Virus record (IMG/VR): IMGVR_UViG_3300021963_000022
Source of the DNA: a virus
Taxonomy: Duplodnaviria; Caudoviricetes
Length of the DNA stretch: 64,000 nucleotides
Strand: one strand, 5' to 3'
The notes under the pieces: model-generated
Databases searched by the model: none
Seen by the model: only the letters and a program-made list of their open reading frames with translations
What the model was told of the DNA's origin: nothing
Program-made: the position numbers and the translations under genes
Shown here: positions 10,378 through 19,432 of the stretch, in pieces
Layout of the letters: each line of letters begins with the position of its first letter
Position numbering within the stretch: position 1 is the stretch's first letter

Positions 10378-10445
10378 GATAAATATATAATACACTCTCA
10401 ATTCGGGGAGTTTATGCGGTCCCCCGCGTAGTGGATAGAACCCAC
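10378..10445 (+). promoter_or_regulatory. late box plus three-hairpin structured 5' leader (candidate cis-regulatory RNA)
   Basis: GATAAATA 10378-85; hairpins 10394-10411, 10413-10430 and 10431-10445; AAGGAG RBS follows. Confidence 0.55.
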
Positions 10446-10465
10446 AATATTCAAGGAGAAAACAA

Positions 10466-10924
10466 ATGGCAAGACCACTTAAAATAGCAAAAGACTCAAC
10501 AATCGATATCGGATTCCCAAATGACGGTACAACAGATAACGGATTTAACGGTAACGGAATAGGAGTAGTTGGTGGAAATAACGTAAGTCTTAACGTAGTA
10601 GTACGTGTAAAGATTGGCGCAAACGCAGAAGCAGACGGGTATATCTTACGTCAAAAAGCAAAACGTAAGTACTTAGTCACTGACGGTGTAAATACCGGTG
10701 TATGTACATTGGCTGATGTTGCTGATGATAGTTTAGCAGATGATGACATGACAATCACTGCAACTGATAATAACGGAGACCCAATTCGTTTTTCTACTAT
10801 GACAAACAAATGGGCATTAGACTTTTCAGATACTAAGTATTTGTTGTCATTCTTTACTACAGCGGCTGCTGGTACTACTCCTGGTACTGATTATGAAAAA
10901 GTATCAGTTGAAAACAACGATTAA
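10466..10924 (+). CDS. probable virion structural protein
   Basis: Late box, structured leader, strong RBS and terminator; 152 aa. Confidence 0.7.
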   Translation: MARPLKIAKDSTIDIGFPNDGTTDNGFNGNGIGVVGGNNVSLNVVVRVKIGANAEADGYILRQKAKRKYLVTDGVNTGVCTLADVADDSLADDDMTITATDNNGDPIRFSTMTNKWALDFSDTKYLLSFFTTAAAGTTPGTDYEKVSVENND

Positions 10925-10938
10925 TATCAACATAATAA

Positions 10939-10964
10939 AAAAAAGCGACTTAGGTCGCTTTTTT
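10939..10964. terminator. bidirectional terminator between convergent genes
   Basis: AAAAAAGCGAC-TTAG-GTCGCTTTTTT; overlaps the NUDIX stop. Confidence 0.85.
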
Positions 10965-11369
10965 TATTATCTTCTGTATCTTTTCTTGAACCACTTCAAA
11001 GTTTACTGTGTTGAATAAACCAGGATGTAGTGGTTTAGGATATCTTCTATAATCTACCCAAGCATAACCTACATGTTCTTCATTTAATATAGGAATGAAT
11101 TCATTCTCAATGATACAAAAGAATGTATGATAAGTGAATGTGTTATTCACAAATTTCTGTATAGGTATTAGTTTTGCATGTTCTGGAAAGAAGTTAATTT
11201 CTTCACTGCACTCACGTTCAACACCTTCTATTAGTGTTTCACCTTCTTCAAGCTTTCCACCGGGTAGTCCCCAATTACCAATGTTCTTTTCATCGCTTCT
11301 TAATAAGAATAGCAATCGTTTAGTTTGGGAACAATAGAAGAATACGCCCGCTGAAATATTTTTGTGCAT
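10950..11369 (-). CDS. NUDIX hydrolase
   Basis: Nudix box GGKLEEGETLIEGVERECSEEI. Confidence 0.9.
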   Translation of the reverse strand: MHKNISAGVFFYCSQTKRLLFLLRSDEKNIGNWGLPGGKLEEGETLIEGVERECSEEINFFPEHAKLIPIQKFVNNTFTYHTFFCIIENEFIPILNEEHVGYAWVDYRRYPKPLHPGLFNTVNFEVVQEKIQKIIKKAT

Positions 11370-11385
11370 ATAGTAATTTATCTGT

Positions 11386-12771
11386 TTAAATCACTATGCT
11401 AAAATCTCCTGGAGCATACCATCCTTCATACGCTTTCATCCATGACATACCATCAAAACGATATTGTACACCAGTGGTTAAGTTAGTAACAAATTGAATA
11501 TCGCTAATTATCGTAGAATTAAAACTTACTATCCAATTAGTACCATCAAACTCAATAATGTCATTTGCATGTGCAACTAAGTTACCCCATGCGTTTGATG
11601 TTTCAATATTGTTATCACTACCGATATCTTCAACAATCAAATAACGCTGACCAATTACAGGTTCAGGTAATCCATTTTCTTCACTAGGAGTGCTAGGTCC
11701 TTTTTGCAATGGATTTATAACGCTATCAACTGCATCCATAGTGTTGGCCGGTAAGGTATCAGTATCAATGTTATATATTAATAATCTATCATCTGTTGGG
11801 TTAAATGCTATAGTACCTACAATATCAGTATCCATATATGGGTTTTGTAACCATATCTGACTGATACCCGGTCTAACAGTACCGTATACATTTAAAAAGC
11901 TTTCCCATATAACCTCACTATTAGGACCTGCAGGTGTATCTAATGTATTGTTGCCAGGTGTAAATGCTGCACCATCTGGTAATACTTGTAGTGTATTACC
12001 TAATAGTAATATTTTATATCCATATGGAGTTATCTTTTGACGAGTACCTAATAGTAATTCATCGTCTTGCATATCTGACAGTGCATTACCCTTAAAGATA
12101 CTAGCAATAATCTTGTAGATGATATTCATCTTAGTAATCTTAGCCGCACTACTAATCCATATAGGCATGTAGAATTTCCAAGTCATCACATCAACAGGAT
12201 TGCCGCTACCTTGTGGAATAACACGACTACTAAATGTTAATCCATCTTGATATACAACACTTAAACTAGTCCAATCAATAAAGTTATCAGTGCTTTGTAT
12301 TTCCATGCTTGGATTAAACAATACACCTAATTGCTCAATTAATTCTAATTTCTGATTATAGTTCGTAGTCCAAAAGTCTACGGTAATTCTTAACGTATAG
12401 GGTACAGGCATGATACGTTCAACACTAAATGCTTGACCTTGTGTTGTTTCATATTGACCTGTTTGCTGATTGAATGTCTTTTGACGAACATCAAGTTGTT
12501 CAATAAAATAAGGATCTTGTGTTCTACGTTGGTCGTATTCAAGTCCGGTAATATAGTAAGTAATCAGTGGTGCGCTAGGCAAACTGCTAGGACTGTTTTC
12601 AGCTATTTGAGTAGCTGCCATACGACTTTGATCACCGTACATGATTGGCACACGTACTTGAATGTCATTGCCTGCAGGGTCTTTCCCTTTAGTAACTTGC
12701 CAGTTACTAAAGATTCTTGCGAATTGAACCAGAAACCTGCGGATCTGATTATCATAAAAGTAAGAAGCCAA
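11386..12771 (-). CDS. gp15: tail completion/sheath stabiliser (gp15-like) with C-terminal extension
   Basis: YFYDNQIRRFLVQFARIF start, RVPIMYG and PVPY motifs; TTG start at 12771 with AAGGGA RBS. Confidence 0.7.
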   Translation of the reverse strand: MASYFYDNQIRRFLVQFARIFSNWQVTKGKDPAGNDIQVRVPIMYGDQSRMAATQIAENSPSSLPSAPLITYYITGLEYDQRRTQDPYFIEQLDVRQKTFNQQTGQYETTQGQAFSVERIMPVPYTLRITVDFWTTNYNQKLELIEQLGVLFNPSMEIQSTDNFIDWTSLSVVYQDGLTFSSRVIPQGSGNPVDVMTWKFYMPIWISSAAKITKMNIIYKIIASIFKGNALSDMQDDELLLGTRQKITPYGYKILLLGNTLQVLPDGAAFTPGNNTLDTPAGPNSEVIWESFLNVYGTVRPGISQIWLQNPYMDTDIVGTIAFNPTDDRLLIYNIDTDTLPANTMDAVDSVINPLQKGPSTPSEENGLPEPVIGQRYLIVEDIGSDNNIETSNAWGNLVAHANDIIEFDGTNWIVSFNSTIISDIQFVTNLTTGVQYRFDGMSWMKAYEGWYAPGDFSIVI

Positions 12772-12785
12772 AATTAAGTCCCTTG

Positions 12786-13467
12786 TATAAATAATAGTGT
12801 AACTCGCGGTTTCGGACACCCAGTTACTCTAAAGCTATCAAGGAGCATCAGCATGACTATTTATCTTTATAAAAAGACCCATCGTATTACTGGATTACAG
12901 TACTTAGGTAAAACTACATCAAACGACCCTCACTCATATACCGGATCTGGTAAATATTGGAAATCACATCTAAAAAAACATGGATCTGATTATGATACTG
13001 AAATTTTAAGAGAATGTGCAACTAATGATGAAGTTAAACAATGGGGAGAATATTACAGTATATTATGGAATGTAGTTAGCAGTAATGATTGGGCTAATTT
13101 AAAGACAGAATCAGGTGATGGCGGTGATCCAGGACCAATAGGTCGTAGCAAAATTTCAAAGGCCCAAACAGGAAGAAAGCATACTTTTGAAGAAAATGTG
13201 AATAAAAGTAAAAGACAAACCGGGATAAAACGTTCTCAGGAATATCTTGCAAAAAAGATAGGTAAAAAATATAAAAAACCTAAAATACGAAGCAGTCCTA
13301 ATAAAAATAAAGGTCGTCCACTTCCGCAAGAATGGATTGATAAAAGTGCAAAAACTCGCACAGGTATGAAATACAAAATAGTAGAGTGCCCTCATTGTCT
13401 AAAACAAGGCGGTTCTTGTACAATGCCAAGATGGCACTTTGATAATTGTAAACTTAAAAAAGCTTAA
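12786..13467 (+). mobile_element. free-standing homing endonuclease unit (late promoter, hairpin leader, ORF)
   Basis: Perfect TATAAATA 12786-93, stem GTAACT/AGTTAC, AAGGAG RBS; sits antisense between the gp14-like and gp15-like genes. Confidence 0.7.
12853..13467 (+). CDS. GIY-YIG (Seg-like) homing endonuclease with basic NUMOD-like C-terminus
   Basis: IYLYKKTH..GLQYLGKT, YTGSG, conserved E and NL motifs; K/R-rich repeats; CPHC motif. Confidence 0.8.
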   Translation: MTIYLYKKTHRITGLQYLGKTTSNDPHSYTGSGKYWKSHLKKHGSDYDTEILRECATNDEVKQWGEYYSILWNVVSSNDWANLKTESGDGGDPGPIGRSKISKAQTGRKHTFEENVNKSKRQTGIKRSQEYLAKKIGKKYKKPKIRSSPNKNKGRPLPQEWIDKSAKTRTGMKYKIVECPHCLKQGGSCTMPRWHFDNCKLKKA

Positions 13468-15122
13468 TCTGTTTGAATTCTAAGTATAGACGACAATGCT
13501 TGTCTCTCAGGTATTGTCGTACCGTTAGTCAATACAGTTACATTGCTATTGTTAATGAATGTACTTAGCTGTGATTTATCATCGCTAGTAAATCCTAGTC
13601 CAGTTCTTACATTCTCACTTATCTTGATCCACAATACACCATCCCAACGGAATAATTGTTGCGGTAAATAATCAGTACGTAAGAAGTAATCACCTATCTC
13701 GGCTGTAGCTGGGAAGTTAGTTCCCGCTGCAACTGGTTCACCATTAGGAGCTGTGCCATCACCTGTCAAGTATCCATCAATATAACCAAAGCTTCTTGGG
13801 CTTTGACGTTTAATATATCTGAATCTAGGATCAGTATCAGCACGATAGTCAATGATGCCAGGTATAATCTCACTGTTAAATCCGGGCGCTACTGGATCTT
13901 GGTCACTGGTAATATATGTATTATCTGATGTACCATATGGGCCAGTGATTTCTCCCATAGATTTAACAGTTAATACTGTTGTACCCTCAAGTGCTCCACT
14001 ACCACTATCAGTTACTTCAGGTGGTATCTCAGCAATCTGTAAACTTGCTTGAATGAATGCACGTAATGCAGATGTATCATCAGCAGTTAAGTCCCACAAA
14101 CTCTTTAATGCGGCTGCACTAATCTTTAGTACAGGACTAGGGTTTCCGTACAATGAGCTAGTTACAAATGTAACAGTGCCTTGAACTGTAGGAGCTTCTT
14201 TAGTTATAACAACATTGACTGGGGGTGCCGGTGCATTGTTATCATATGTAGGTACAACATATAATTGACTTCTATCGTAACCTGATTTTGGAACTATTCT
14301 CATAGCTTCTGCAATAACAGCATCATTGATTTCAATGTTCTTATTGTACCTACCAATAATATCTTGTAGTGTGCTAGCCGTATCGACCTCCCAATATTCT
14401 GTATCAGTACATGGTACGCCAACTGGTGCTGGCCCGGGCGCTATTACTGTATAAGTTGTGCCACCATATGTTACTGTATATCCAACTGGATACTCTTTTG
14501 TATTATCCCAATCACCTAAGTAATTATCCTTATTAATTGGTTGATTCATAATATCTGCATATTCTTGTGAATCTACTAATGGTTCGCATTTGATACGCCA
14601 TAAGTGCGGATACCATGTAGGACTAAACCCTTCACTAGCATAATTACCATCAGTAACTTGATAATATCTTCTTAATCCAACTGGTATAGTTTCATTTAAT
14701 GGATGATAATCAGTTAGGTGCGGTAATTCTAATACGTCACCAACTATTAACTTTCTACCTATAATATTCATCATATCATTATAATGAACCGTGATAAAGA
14801 TAATATCGTTGTTTAAGAATAATCCAAACTGACTCAAATCAAAATCTAGATTCTGCACATTATAATGTCCACGTATTCTATAAATATCCGGATCATATTT
14901 TCTGTCACGATTTTCTAAGAATAGTAAGTCCTGAATATCTGTTACGTTTGGTGTAGTATATTGCGGTTGAGTAAGATCATTGCTTGGTCCATTATTCTTA
15001 ATCCCAATATATTTGTGAACAAACAAGTCGGTAGCGCCGATAGTAAACATTTCGGATATTGTTTTATCCAAAAACTTAAAATCGTTTGATTTTTGTGGTC
15101 TATAAAGTGAGAGTTTTGGCAT
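13464..15122 (-). CDS. gp14: neck/head-closure protein (gp14-like) with extra modules
   Basis: LLFLENRDRKY and FGLFLNNDIIFITVH motifs; lies next to the gp15-like gene. Confidence 0.6.
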   Translation of the reverse strand: MPKLSLYRPQKSNDFKFLDKTISEMFTIGATDLFVHKYIGIKNNGPSNDLTQPQYTTPNVTDIQDLLFLENRDRKYDPDIYRIRGHYNVQNLDFDLSQFGLFLNNDIIFITVHYNDMMNIIGRKLIVGDVLELPHLTDYHPLNETIPVGLRRYYQVTDGNYASEGFSPTWYPHLWRIKCEPLVDSQEYADIMNQPINKDNYLGDWDNTKEYPVGYTVTYGGTTYTVIAPGPAPVGVPCTDTEYWEVDTASTLQDIIGRYNKNIEINDAVIAEAMRIVPKSGYDRSQLYVVPTYDNNAPAPPVNVVITKEAPTVQGTVTFVTSSLYGNPSPVLKISAAALKSLWDLTADDTSALRAFIQASLQIAEIPPEVTDSGSGALEGTTVLTVKSMGEITGPYGTSDNTYITSDQDPVAPGFNSEIIPGIIDYRADTDPRFRYIKRQSPRSFGYIDGYLTGDGTAPNGEPVAAGTNFPATAEIGDYFLRTDYLPQQLFRWDGVLWIKISENVRTGLGFTSDDKSQLSTFINNSNVTVLTNGTTIPERQALSSILRIQTD

Positions 15123-15142
15123 CGTTTAATCCAATTGTGTAG

Positions 15143-15150
15143 TATTTATC
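15143..15150 (-). promoter_or_regulatory. late promoter box GATAAATA
   Basis: 20 nt upstream of the gp14-like ATG on the minus strand. Confidence 0.65.
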
Positions 15151-15172
15151 GTGTTGTAAGGTGAAAAAATTC

Positions 15173-15201
15173 TTGCATTTAATTGGAATCTAGTGTACAA
15201 T
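15173..15201 (+). promoter_or_regulatory. sigma70-like promoter
   Basis: TTGCAT-17 nt-TACAAT. Confidence 0.65.
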
Positions 15202-15228
15202 ACTAAGTATTATCAACTAGGAGAGCGC

Positions 15229-16395
15229 ATGGCTACACGTAAAGGCAAACATACAGAAGACCACTTTGTCAAGGCATTGAACCCAAGAGATGCAGATACA
15301 AAATATTTAGGTGACGAACCCTTCTTCCCATTGCAACCCGATGAGGATAAACGAAATGTTACACTAGCCCGAAGCTTCAATTGGTATAACCGTTTCTATA
15401 CTAAAAAAGATGCTAAGGAACTACTAAGTCAATACTTAGATTATAACAACCGCACAGAAGATGCTAAAAAGATGCGTAAGGTTCATGAAAGTGAATTCCT
15501 AATGACATTCTGCTGGTTGGCACGTATGAATCTTAGAGGGTTAGAACTGTCAGAACATGAGGAAGCTACATTACAGAACGAGATTTCCCGAGTATTAAAG
15601 TGTTTAGTTAAACCCGAAATACCTAAAGAAAAAGAAGAATCAGCTACACGTCCGAATATTCAGGACATTCTGAAAGATAAAGCACGTGATGCGGCAGGCG
15701 AACTTGAAGGTATGTTTGATGATTTTATTACAGCAGGCGCACCCACAAAACATTCATTTAAGCCTATGGATGAAGTAGCAAAAAAGAACGTAATGCCACA
15801 ACATATCAGTTTGTTAGCTGATGTATGGAAAAAGAAACAAAACGAGTTTGATGAGGTTGCAAAGGGCAAGGATGCACAACTTGTTCAGGGTTACCAGCAT
15901 TTGACAAAAACTCAAATTAAGAATATACTTAAGTTTATCGAACAAGTTCTGGGAGACCTGAACAGTTACGTTAGTGTTAAGAAAGCGGCAAAAGCCCCAC
16001 GTGCCCGAAAAGCTGTTCCTGTAGAGAAACAGGTAGCAAAATTGAAGTACTTGAAAGTATTTAAAGATACAGCAAGTAAGTTAGATTTGGCAAGCGTACA
16101 TCCCACAAAACTTCATGGTGCAAGTGAAGCTTGGGTATATGATACAGCAAAACGCAAGTTACATCATTATGTTGCAGATGATTACAGCAAAACATTTACT
16201 GTCAAAGGTAATACGTTGTTAGGATTTGATACTGCACAAAGTGAAATAAAAACATTACGTAAACCAGCAGAGCAGATTAAAGAAATTATGGGTAGCAAGC
16301 CAGCCGCTCGTAAGTACTTTAAAGATATTAAAGCAGTCAGTACTACACCTAATGGCCGCTTTAATGAAGGTATGATTATTTTGAAAGCATTTTGA
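15229..16395 (+). CDS. conserved-looking hypothetical early protein
   Basis: AGGAGAG RBS before ATG 15229; 388 aa. Confidence 0.8.
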   Translation: MATRKGKHTEDHFVKALNPRDADTKYLGDEPFFPLQPDEDKRNVTLARSFNWYNRFYTKKDAKELLSQYLDYNNRTEDAKKMRKVHESEFLMTFCWLARMNLRGLELSEHEEATLQNEISRVLKCLVKPEIPKEKEESATRPNIQDILKDKARDAAGELEGMFDDFITAGAPTKHSFKPMDEVAKKNVMPQHISLLADVWKKKQNEFDEVAKGKDAQLVQGYQHLTKTQIKNILKFIEQVLGDLNSYVSVKKAAKAPRARKAVPVEKQVAKLKYLKVFKDTASKLDLASVHPTKLHGASEAWVYDTAKRKLHHYVADDYSKTFTVKGNTLLGFDTAQSEIKTLRKPAEQIKEIMGSKPAARKYFKDIKAVSTTPNGRFNEGMIILKAF

Positions 16396-16577
16396 TGAAT
16401 GATATTCAAGAACGTATGACTGAGTTAGTCAAGCCGATTGACCAGCAAATTATGATGTGCGATGATAGGCGTGACTTGCTTATGCTTAATTGCGCTATGT
16501 TACAGCGTGTCAAAGAAGTATTTGACATGCTTGTAGGGGAAGAAGGTAGAAAAAACATGTTTAAGGACCTAGTATAA
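16392..16577 (+). CDS. hypothetical protein
   Basis: 4-nt start/stop overlap with upstream gene; 61 aa. Confidence 0.75.
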   Translation: MMNDIQERMTELVKPIDQQIMMCDDRRDLLMLNCAMLQRVKEVFDMLVGEEGRKNMFKDLV

Positions 16578-16798
16578 TGGAAGTGAAAGAATTTACAGTT
16601 AAAGATAACGAAGCTTTTAGATTGCGTGTGAAGCAATGGAGAGCTATTAATCCTAATGATCTCTATGCAGTTGAGTTTATTCAGGAAACAAAAGATAAAA
16701 AAGGTGATGTTGACATGAGTTCAACTTACAGTTTTTATATGAGTGAGAGTGAGTTAGAATCACTTGCTAAAGGTTTGTACGGATTGATTGGAAAGTAA
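16577..16798 (+). CDS. hypothetical protein
   Basis: TAATG coupling at both ends; 73 aa. Confidence 0.75.
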   Translation: MEVKEFTVKDNEAFRLRVKQWRAINPNDLYAVEFIQETKDKKGDVDMSSTYSFYMSESELESLAKGLYGLIGK

Positions 16799-17211
16799 TG
16801 TCACAAAACATTGATTTAAACAAATACAAAAATTTCGTACAGGAAGTCACTAGTGATGCTAGCAACGATACTGAAACACTTGTGGCTAGAATTCGAGAGT
16901 TAAAACAACAACAGAATATTAATCCTGCATTGCTACTAACAGCAAGCACAGGTTTAGCTAGTGAAGGTGGAGAGTTTAGCGAGATTGTTAAGAAAATGTT
17001 TTTTCAAGGTAAGCCCTTTACTGAAGAAAATCGTTTTCACATGAAGCGTGAGTTGGGAGATATTATTTGGTATTGGACTAATGCTTGTAGAGCATTGAAC
17101 TATGATCCGAATGATATCATTGCAGAGAACGTATCAAAGTTAGAATCCCGATATCCGGGAGGACACTTTGATGCATTTTATAGTGAGAACAGAAAAGAAG
17201 GTGATTTATGA
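16798..17211 (+). CDS. mazG: MazG-like NTP pyrophosphohydrolase
   Basis: GLASEGGEFSEIVKK ... ELGDIIWY. Confidence 0.85.
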   Translation: MSQNIDLNKYKNFVQEVTSDASNDTETLVARIRELKQQQNINPALLLTASTGLASEGGEFSEIVKKMFFQGKPFTEENRFHMKRELGDIIWYWTNACRALNYDPNDIIAENVSKLESRYPGGHFDAFYSENRKEGDL

Positions 17212-17927
17212 CAGCATTATATGAAGACGTAGTACATGGCCCTAGTAAGTATCCTAAAATTACACGTAAGATTACACAAGAGGGTATTGAGTTTTTGAGA
17301 GATCAATTGATTGGAAAATCAGTTCCTAAACAACATGTGGGTATTGCAAACCCACATGGCAGTACTGGTAGAGAAATTGAACGAATGGTTCTTGAATTTT
17401 TTGATCCAGTTTGCCGTAATGGTGAAACTAAAAAGGGTCCTGATGTATTAGAATATGGGCTAGATATCAAGTCCCATAACGCTACATCTATTGCAGATAA
17501 TGCGACTACAATTGGGCATTCTAAATGGTATGATTTAGTAAATAAATCTTATAGACAGTCAGATGTTTATAAAAAAATGCAAGGTCATATTGATGTATGG
17601 TATGACAATAATTTGTGTGCTATTACTGATGTAAATGTCTACTATTTTGACTATGACCACATTCAGGAAGATTTAGAAAAGTCTTACGATGAACTGCAAT
17701 CAATCGTTTCAGAACGAGGTATGATGGCATTGTTTAAGGGTGAACTGTTGGATTATGATGAAATCTATAAAGCTGATTTTACTATTAGTGCAGGACCTGA
17801 ATCATTGTTCTTGTTAGATGTGCGTGATTCAGGAGTTAACTTTAGAATCTCACATAAGAACATGAAACACCTTGCTACTAGGGCAAAATCAGCAGACGCA
17901 TTTTCTAGTAACTTTACATTTCTTTGA
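17208..17927 (+). CDS. restriction-endonuclease-like PD-(D/E)xK protein
   Basis: GREIE helix, GPDV and LDIKS spacing typical of the REase fold. Confidence 0.5.
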   Translation: MTALYEDVVHGPSKYPKITRKITQEGIEFLRDQLIGKSVPKQHVGIANPHGSTGREIERMVLEFFDPVCRNGETKKGPDVLEYGLDIKSHNATSIADNATTIGHSKWYDLVNKSYRQSDVYKKMQGHIDVWYDNNLCAITDVNVYYFDYDHIQEDLEKSYDELQSIVSERGMMALFKGELLDYDEIYKADFTISAGPESLFLLDVRDSGVNFRISHKNMKHLATRAKSADAFSSNFTFL

Positions 17928-17966
17928 TTGATAATCTCCAGATAAATACATTATCTGGAGATTATT

Positions 17967-18728
17967 ATGGCAGGTGCTACATTAGACCAATTAAAAGAAG
18001 ACTTATTTAGAAATTTACGACTACGTTTAGGTGACGGAATAGTTGACCTTGAGATTGGGCCCGAACACTTTGAATCAGCATATAGATATGCTATTAGTAT
18101 CTATCGTCAAAGGGCACAGAATTCTACTGAAGAATCTTATACATTGTTGACGTTAGAAAAGAATGTAGATGTTTACACTTTGCCTAGCGAATTCATTAAC
18201 GTAAGACAGTTATTTCGTAGAAGTATCGGGATGGAGACTGGTCCTGGTGCATCAGCATTTGATCCATTCTCAAGTGCTATTTTGAACACATACTTGCTTA
18301 ACTATAATTATGCAGGTGGTCTAGCTACATATGACATGTATGCAGGATATGTTGAACTAGCCGCACGTATGTTCGGTGGATATGTAATATTCACATTTAA
18401 TCCAGTAACTAAAGAATTACGTATTGTACGTGATGTAAAAGGTAGCGGAGAGCATGTATTGATTTGGGCAGACATTCAGAAGCCTGAAGCAGTATTGCTA
18501 CAGGATCCGGGTGCAGGTGTTTGGATTAGCGACTGGATCTTAGCTATCCTTAAGGGCATCATCGGTGAAGCACGTGAGAAGTTTGCTAGCATTGCAGGAC
18601 CAGGTGGCGGTACAAGTTTGAACGGTGCAGCCATGAAAGCAGAATCCAAAGAGATGCAAGCACAGTTACTAGAAGACTTAAAGCGTTATGTAGATTATAG
18701 TCAACCATTGACTTGGGTACAAGGTTAA
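17967..18728 (+). CDS. gp13: neck protein (gp13-like)
   Basis: GATAAATA 17941-48; LRLG..VDLEI start, W..DW.LA.LK..IGEAREKF and GGTSLNG motifs. Confidence 0.7.
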   Translation: MAGATLDQLKEDLFRNLRLRLGDGIVDLEIGPEHFESAYRYAISIYRQRAQNSTEESYTLLTLEKNVDVYTLPSEFINVRQLFRRSIGMETGPGASAFDPFSSAILNTYLLNYNYAGGLATYDMYAGYVELAARMFGGYVIFTFNPVTKELRIVRDVKGSGEHVLIWADIQKPEAVLLQDPGAGVWISDWILAILKGIIGEAREKFASIAGPGGGTSLNGAAMKAESKEMQAQLLEDLKRYVDYSQPLTWVQG

Positions 18729-19373
18729 ATGAGAGCTATTGAATTTTTACAAGAGAGCTTAACTCCGCCTAATAAGTTTTTATCTAAAGCAGAAAAATTA
18801 AAAGCCGGCAATAAAGTTTTCTATAAAGGCAAATTAGTAGGTATTGCCACCGGTGAAATTAATGGTGATAGAGTTATTTTTAAACCTTTTGCATCTTACG
18901 GTAACTCTGGCAATTTTGCTAGTTTACCTATTGACCAAATAAGCTTACGAGAAGGTAAACATGTTCAAGGTGTGGCGGAAGGCTTCCCTCAACCGGGACC
19001 AAGTTCAGGTGCTCCACAACAGTTTGGCTCCGATGCTAAAATACAAACTCGCCAAATGACTGTAAAAGATATTATATCATCTATACCCGGTGTGCCTTAT
19101 TACAATAATGTAGTCGATGATTGGGACGCCAAAGATTATAGTTGGAATACTACAGAAAAGGTTATAGAGTATGCTACTTACTTAAAGGATCATCCAGAAA
19201 GTTTAGCAAAGTTGCCACCAATCATAGTATTAAACGGTAAGTTTGAAGATGGTGCCCATAGGGTATCTGCCATATGGTTGCTACAACAAAGAATGGATCC
19301 TAAAAATCCATTGTGGAAAAATGCTAAATTAAATGTTCAATTTGTTAAGCAAGGTATGGCGGAAGATAATTAA
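18729..19373 (+). CDS. modular candidate internal head protein with ParB/Srx-like cassette
   Basis: MRAIEFLQE leader; QGVAEG and KQGMAED linkers; PPIIV..FEDGAHRVSA motif. Confidence 0.75.
   Translation: MRAIEFLQESLTPPNKFLSKAEKLKAGNKVFYKGKLVGIATGEINGDRVIFKPFASYGNSGNFASLPIDQISLREGKHVQGVAEGFPQPGPSSGAPQQFGSDAKIQTRQMTVKDIISSIPGVPYYNNVVDDWDAKDYSWNTTEKVIEYATYLKDHPESLAKLPPIIVLNGKFEDGAHRVSAIWLLQQRMDPKNPLWKNAKLNVQFVKQGMAEDN
18966..19367 (+). mobile_element. in-frame 384-bp cassette between 16-bp direct repeats
   Basis: CAAGGTGTGGCGGAAG at 18966 and CAAGGTATGGCGGAAG at 19350 (1 mismatch), same frame. Confidence 0.55.
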
Positions 19374-19382
19374 CCTAAACAG

Positions 19383-19411
19383 TTTACTTTACAACTCTCC
19401 TGTAGTACAAT
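19383..19411 (+). promoter_or_regulatory. sigma70-like promoter
   Basis: TTTACT-17 nt-TACAAT; shares TGTAGTACAAT with the promoter at 6493-6503. Confidence 0.55.
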
Positions 19412-19432
19412 ATGTATTACAGGAGTTACCAT

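Noticed and set aside
12853-13467. Group I intron or intein hosting the GIY-YIG
   Set aside because: The ORF is antisense to its neighbours, both flanking genes look complete, and no intron core or intein termini were recognised.
18967-18984. Junction word as a Chi site
   Set aside because: It is G-rich but does not contain GCTGGTGG, and the host's Chi sequence is unknown.
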